Both the position numbers and the translations under genes were made by a program. This document shows, piece by piece, positions 63,901 to 64,000 of a DNA stretch of 64,000 nt. Source of the stretch: a virus; IMG/VR virus record IMGVR_UViG_3300036846_001209, positions 1 to 64,000 of that record; one strand, given 5' to 3'. Every line of letters begins with the position of its first letter. Position 1 is the stretch's first letter. The notes beneath the pieces were generated by a model that saw nothing but the letters and a program-made list of their open reading frames with translations, had not been told where the DNA came from and made no database searches.

Positions 63901-64000
63901 CTTCCAGATGAGGGTGGTGCCGCGCTTGCTGGCGAACAGCAGATCGAGCCCGTCGCCGTTCACGATCAGCATCTGGTTGAGGTACATCACCCCGCGCGGA
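60931..64000 (-). CDS. tail fibre/spike protein, 5' truncated by window
   Basis: >1019 aa, G/A/T/V-rich; beta-helix-like N-terminal part and FTG…LTVTA..SG.L..GQ…GG.G.Y repeats. Confidence 0.7.
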   Translation of the reverse strand, partial: PRGVMYLNQMLIVNGDGLDLLFASKRGTTLIWKGNATATTNVGPAVKFNTLAFSTVKSLAVADSSLGGVSNYLVSLSHTPGAPGLNVENNTLHDWSISGNYATSKCGVAVSPEGGAAQGDTQLFFGCWVQGCDDGFTFGGANAIAGTFFGGQTQACPRYGVGAFGGSFSAYTMLTENETLSQVYYQVPMRSQVHLGGADFYAAQVATESCVVIGCRSEASVGMIDTSHQSSVTNWTTGGYYPGWSPNMHWTPQTLLAVNNPAVGSANALDNYTTVMLADDGGPPWILSDASTTTTVISFTPSPGWTPNQWAGCGVWILAPGVWQASNPCTIQSNTANTLTVTPGFLRAGANWYKIFRASAGAPPNWGAVTHFGQFQRNASGWGTTIAKGFNLLQSAQPLNAGDWVMLPSQGIFPDGSGIAMALAGKVQNQHPGASGWYLQSSGTTANIFGAPTNPILLGASVSGFNFLVAQTSGAAGAVGQYTLAFSQAIGADFTGSISGALLTVTAVASGVLAVGQYLGGAGLPTTPPAQIAAEGAGFTGYVDDGSAGGVTPGSILTVTAVAAGSVRPGSPLTGGKVNAGSVILSQISGPPGGAGTYNVSGSAQLSGHCAFTGSMNTSQQLNVTAITSGALVPGQLIQGAGVPANIILGAQLSGATGGIGLYNYSAAVTVASEAMTAAWPLSGGGLAAAFTATVDDGHGAVGAVLTVTAMASGVLGVGQTVNVPVTGGPAGLTAQATIVPSLTSTGTGGVGTYALSGLGNLLVASQTMSANTTGGVGVYVINQTLGAIPSEEMQAGVASITQPLWEIVDNYGNPQNAATYAIDGFGYWSAGIADGGLTHMVIDFDVFWGVGALDQCQLGGYGKVGLISRMDNPYAVPGGIQGQGIRPGEGAPGSFSYKSGAQYTQPPRFGVTAASTPFTIGITYLGQSNVYCTVSANNTVLGLVPLGAGLIVDIDLFLTPGSTIAGGMIVQWDPTTVKAPTPTINIGQGGQQTVVRLKWVGNASAAAPGGHWWVMSTGGPM

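Overview
This window is a high-GC (roughly 70% by eye) stretch of a tailed dsDNA phage genome with podovirus-type architecture. The host is probably an alphaproteobacterium (inference only). No host housekeeping genes, integrase, CRISPR array or lysis cassette are visible. Layout: (1) 1-17340, minus strand: terS, a C5 DNA methyltransferase with a nested out-of-frame second subunit, a PAPS-reductase-like gene, terL, portal, GroES-like, scaffold and an Acb2/Tad1-like anti-defence protein, running off the left edge towards the capsid genes. (2) 17900-25266, plus strand: small early genes, including a TGT/DpdA-like plus QueD-like pair. (3) 25263-29970, minus strand: Prim-Pol/VirE primase-helicase, HNH, VRR-NUC and an XRE regulator. 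(4) 30098-39204, plus strand: RecE/RecT-like recombination genes, ParB-like, a stand-alone RNAP alpha-CTD and EndoVII. (5) 39400-44700: accessory genes, a secreted-protein pair and a tRNA-Gln. (6) 44697-64000, minus strand: tail, ejection and fibre genes with two homing endonucleases. Most notable observations: an intergenic 14-unit GGY-NN pentamer array ending in a strong hairpin (45345-45446; guide-RNA-like, no partner protein recognised here); paired '[R/F/Y]-A-x-G-G' motifs at domain boundaries of four large putative virion proteins; a small dual-coded ORF nested behind a glycosylase-like domain; and a 14-bp palindromic operator at most divergent or early promoters. All family calls come from recognising motifs by eye, not from database searches.
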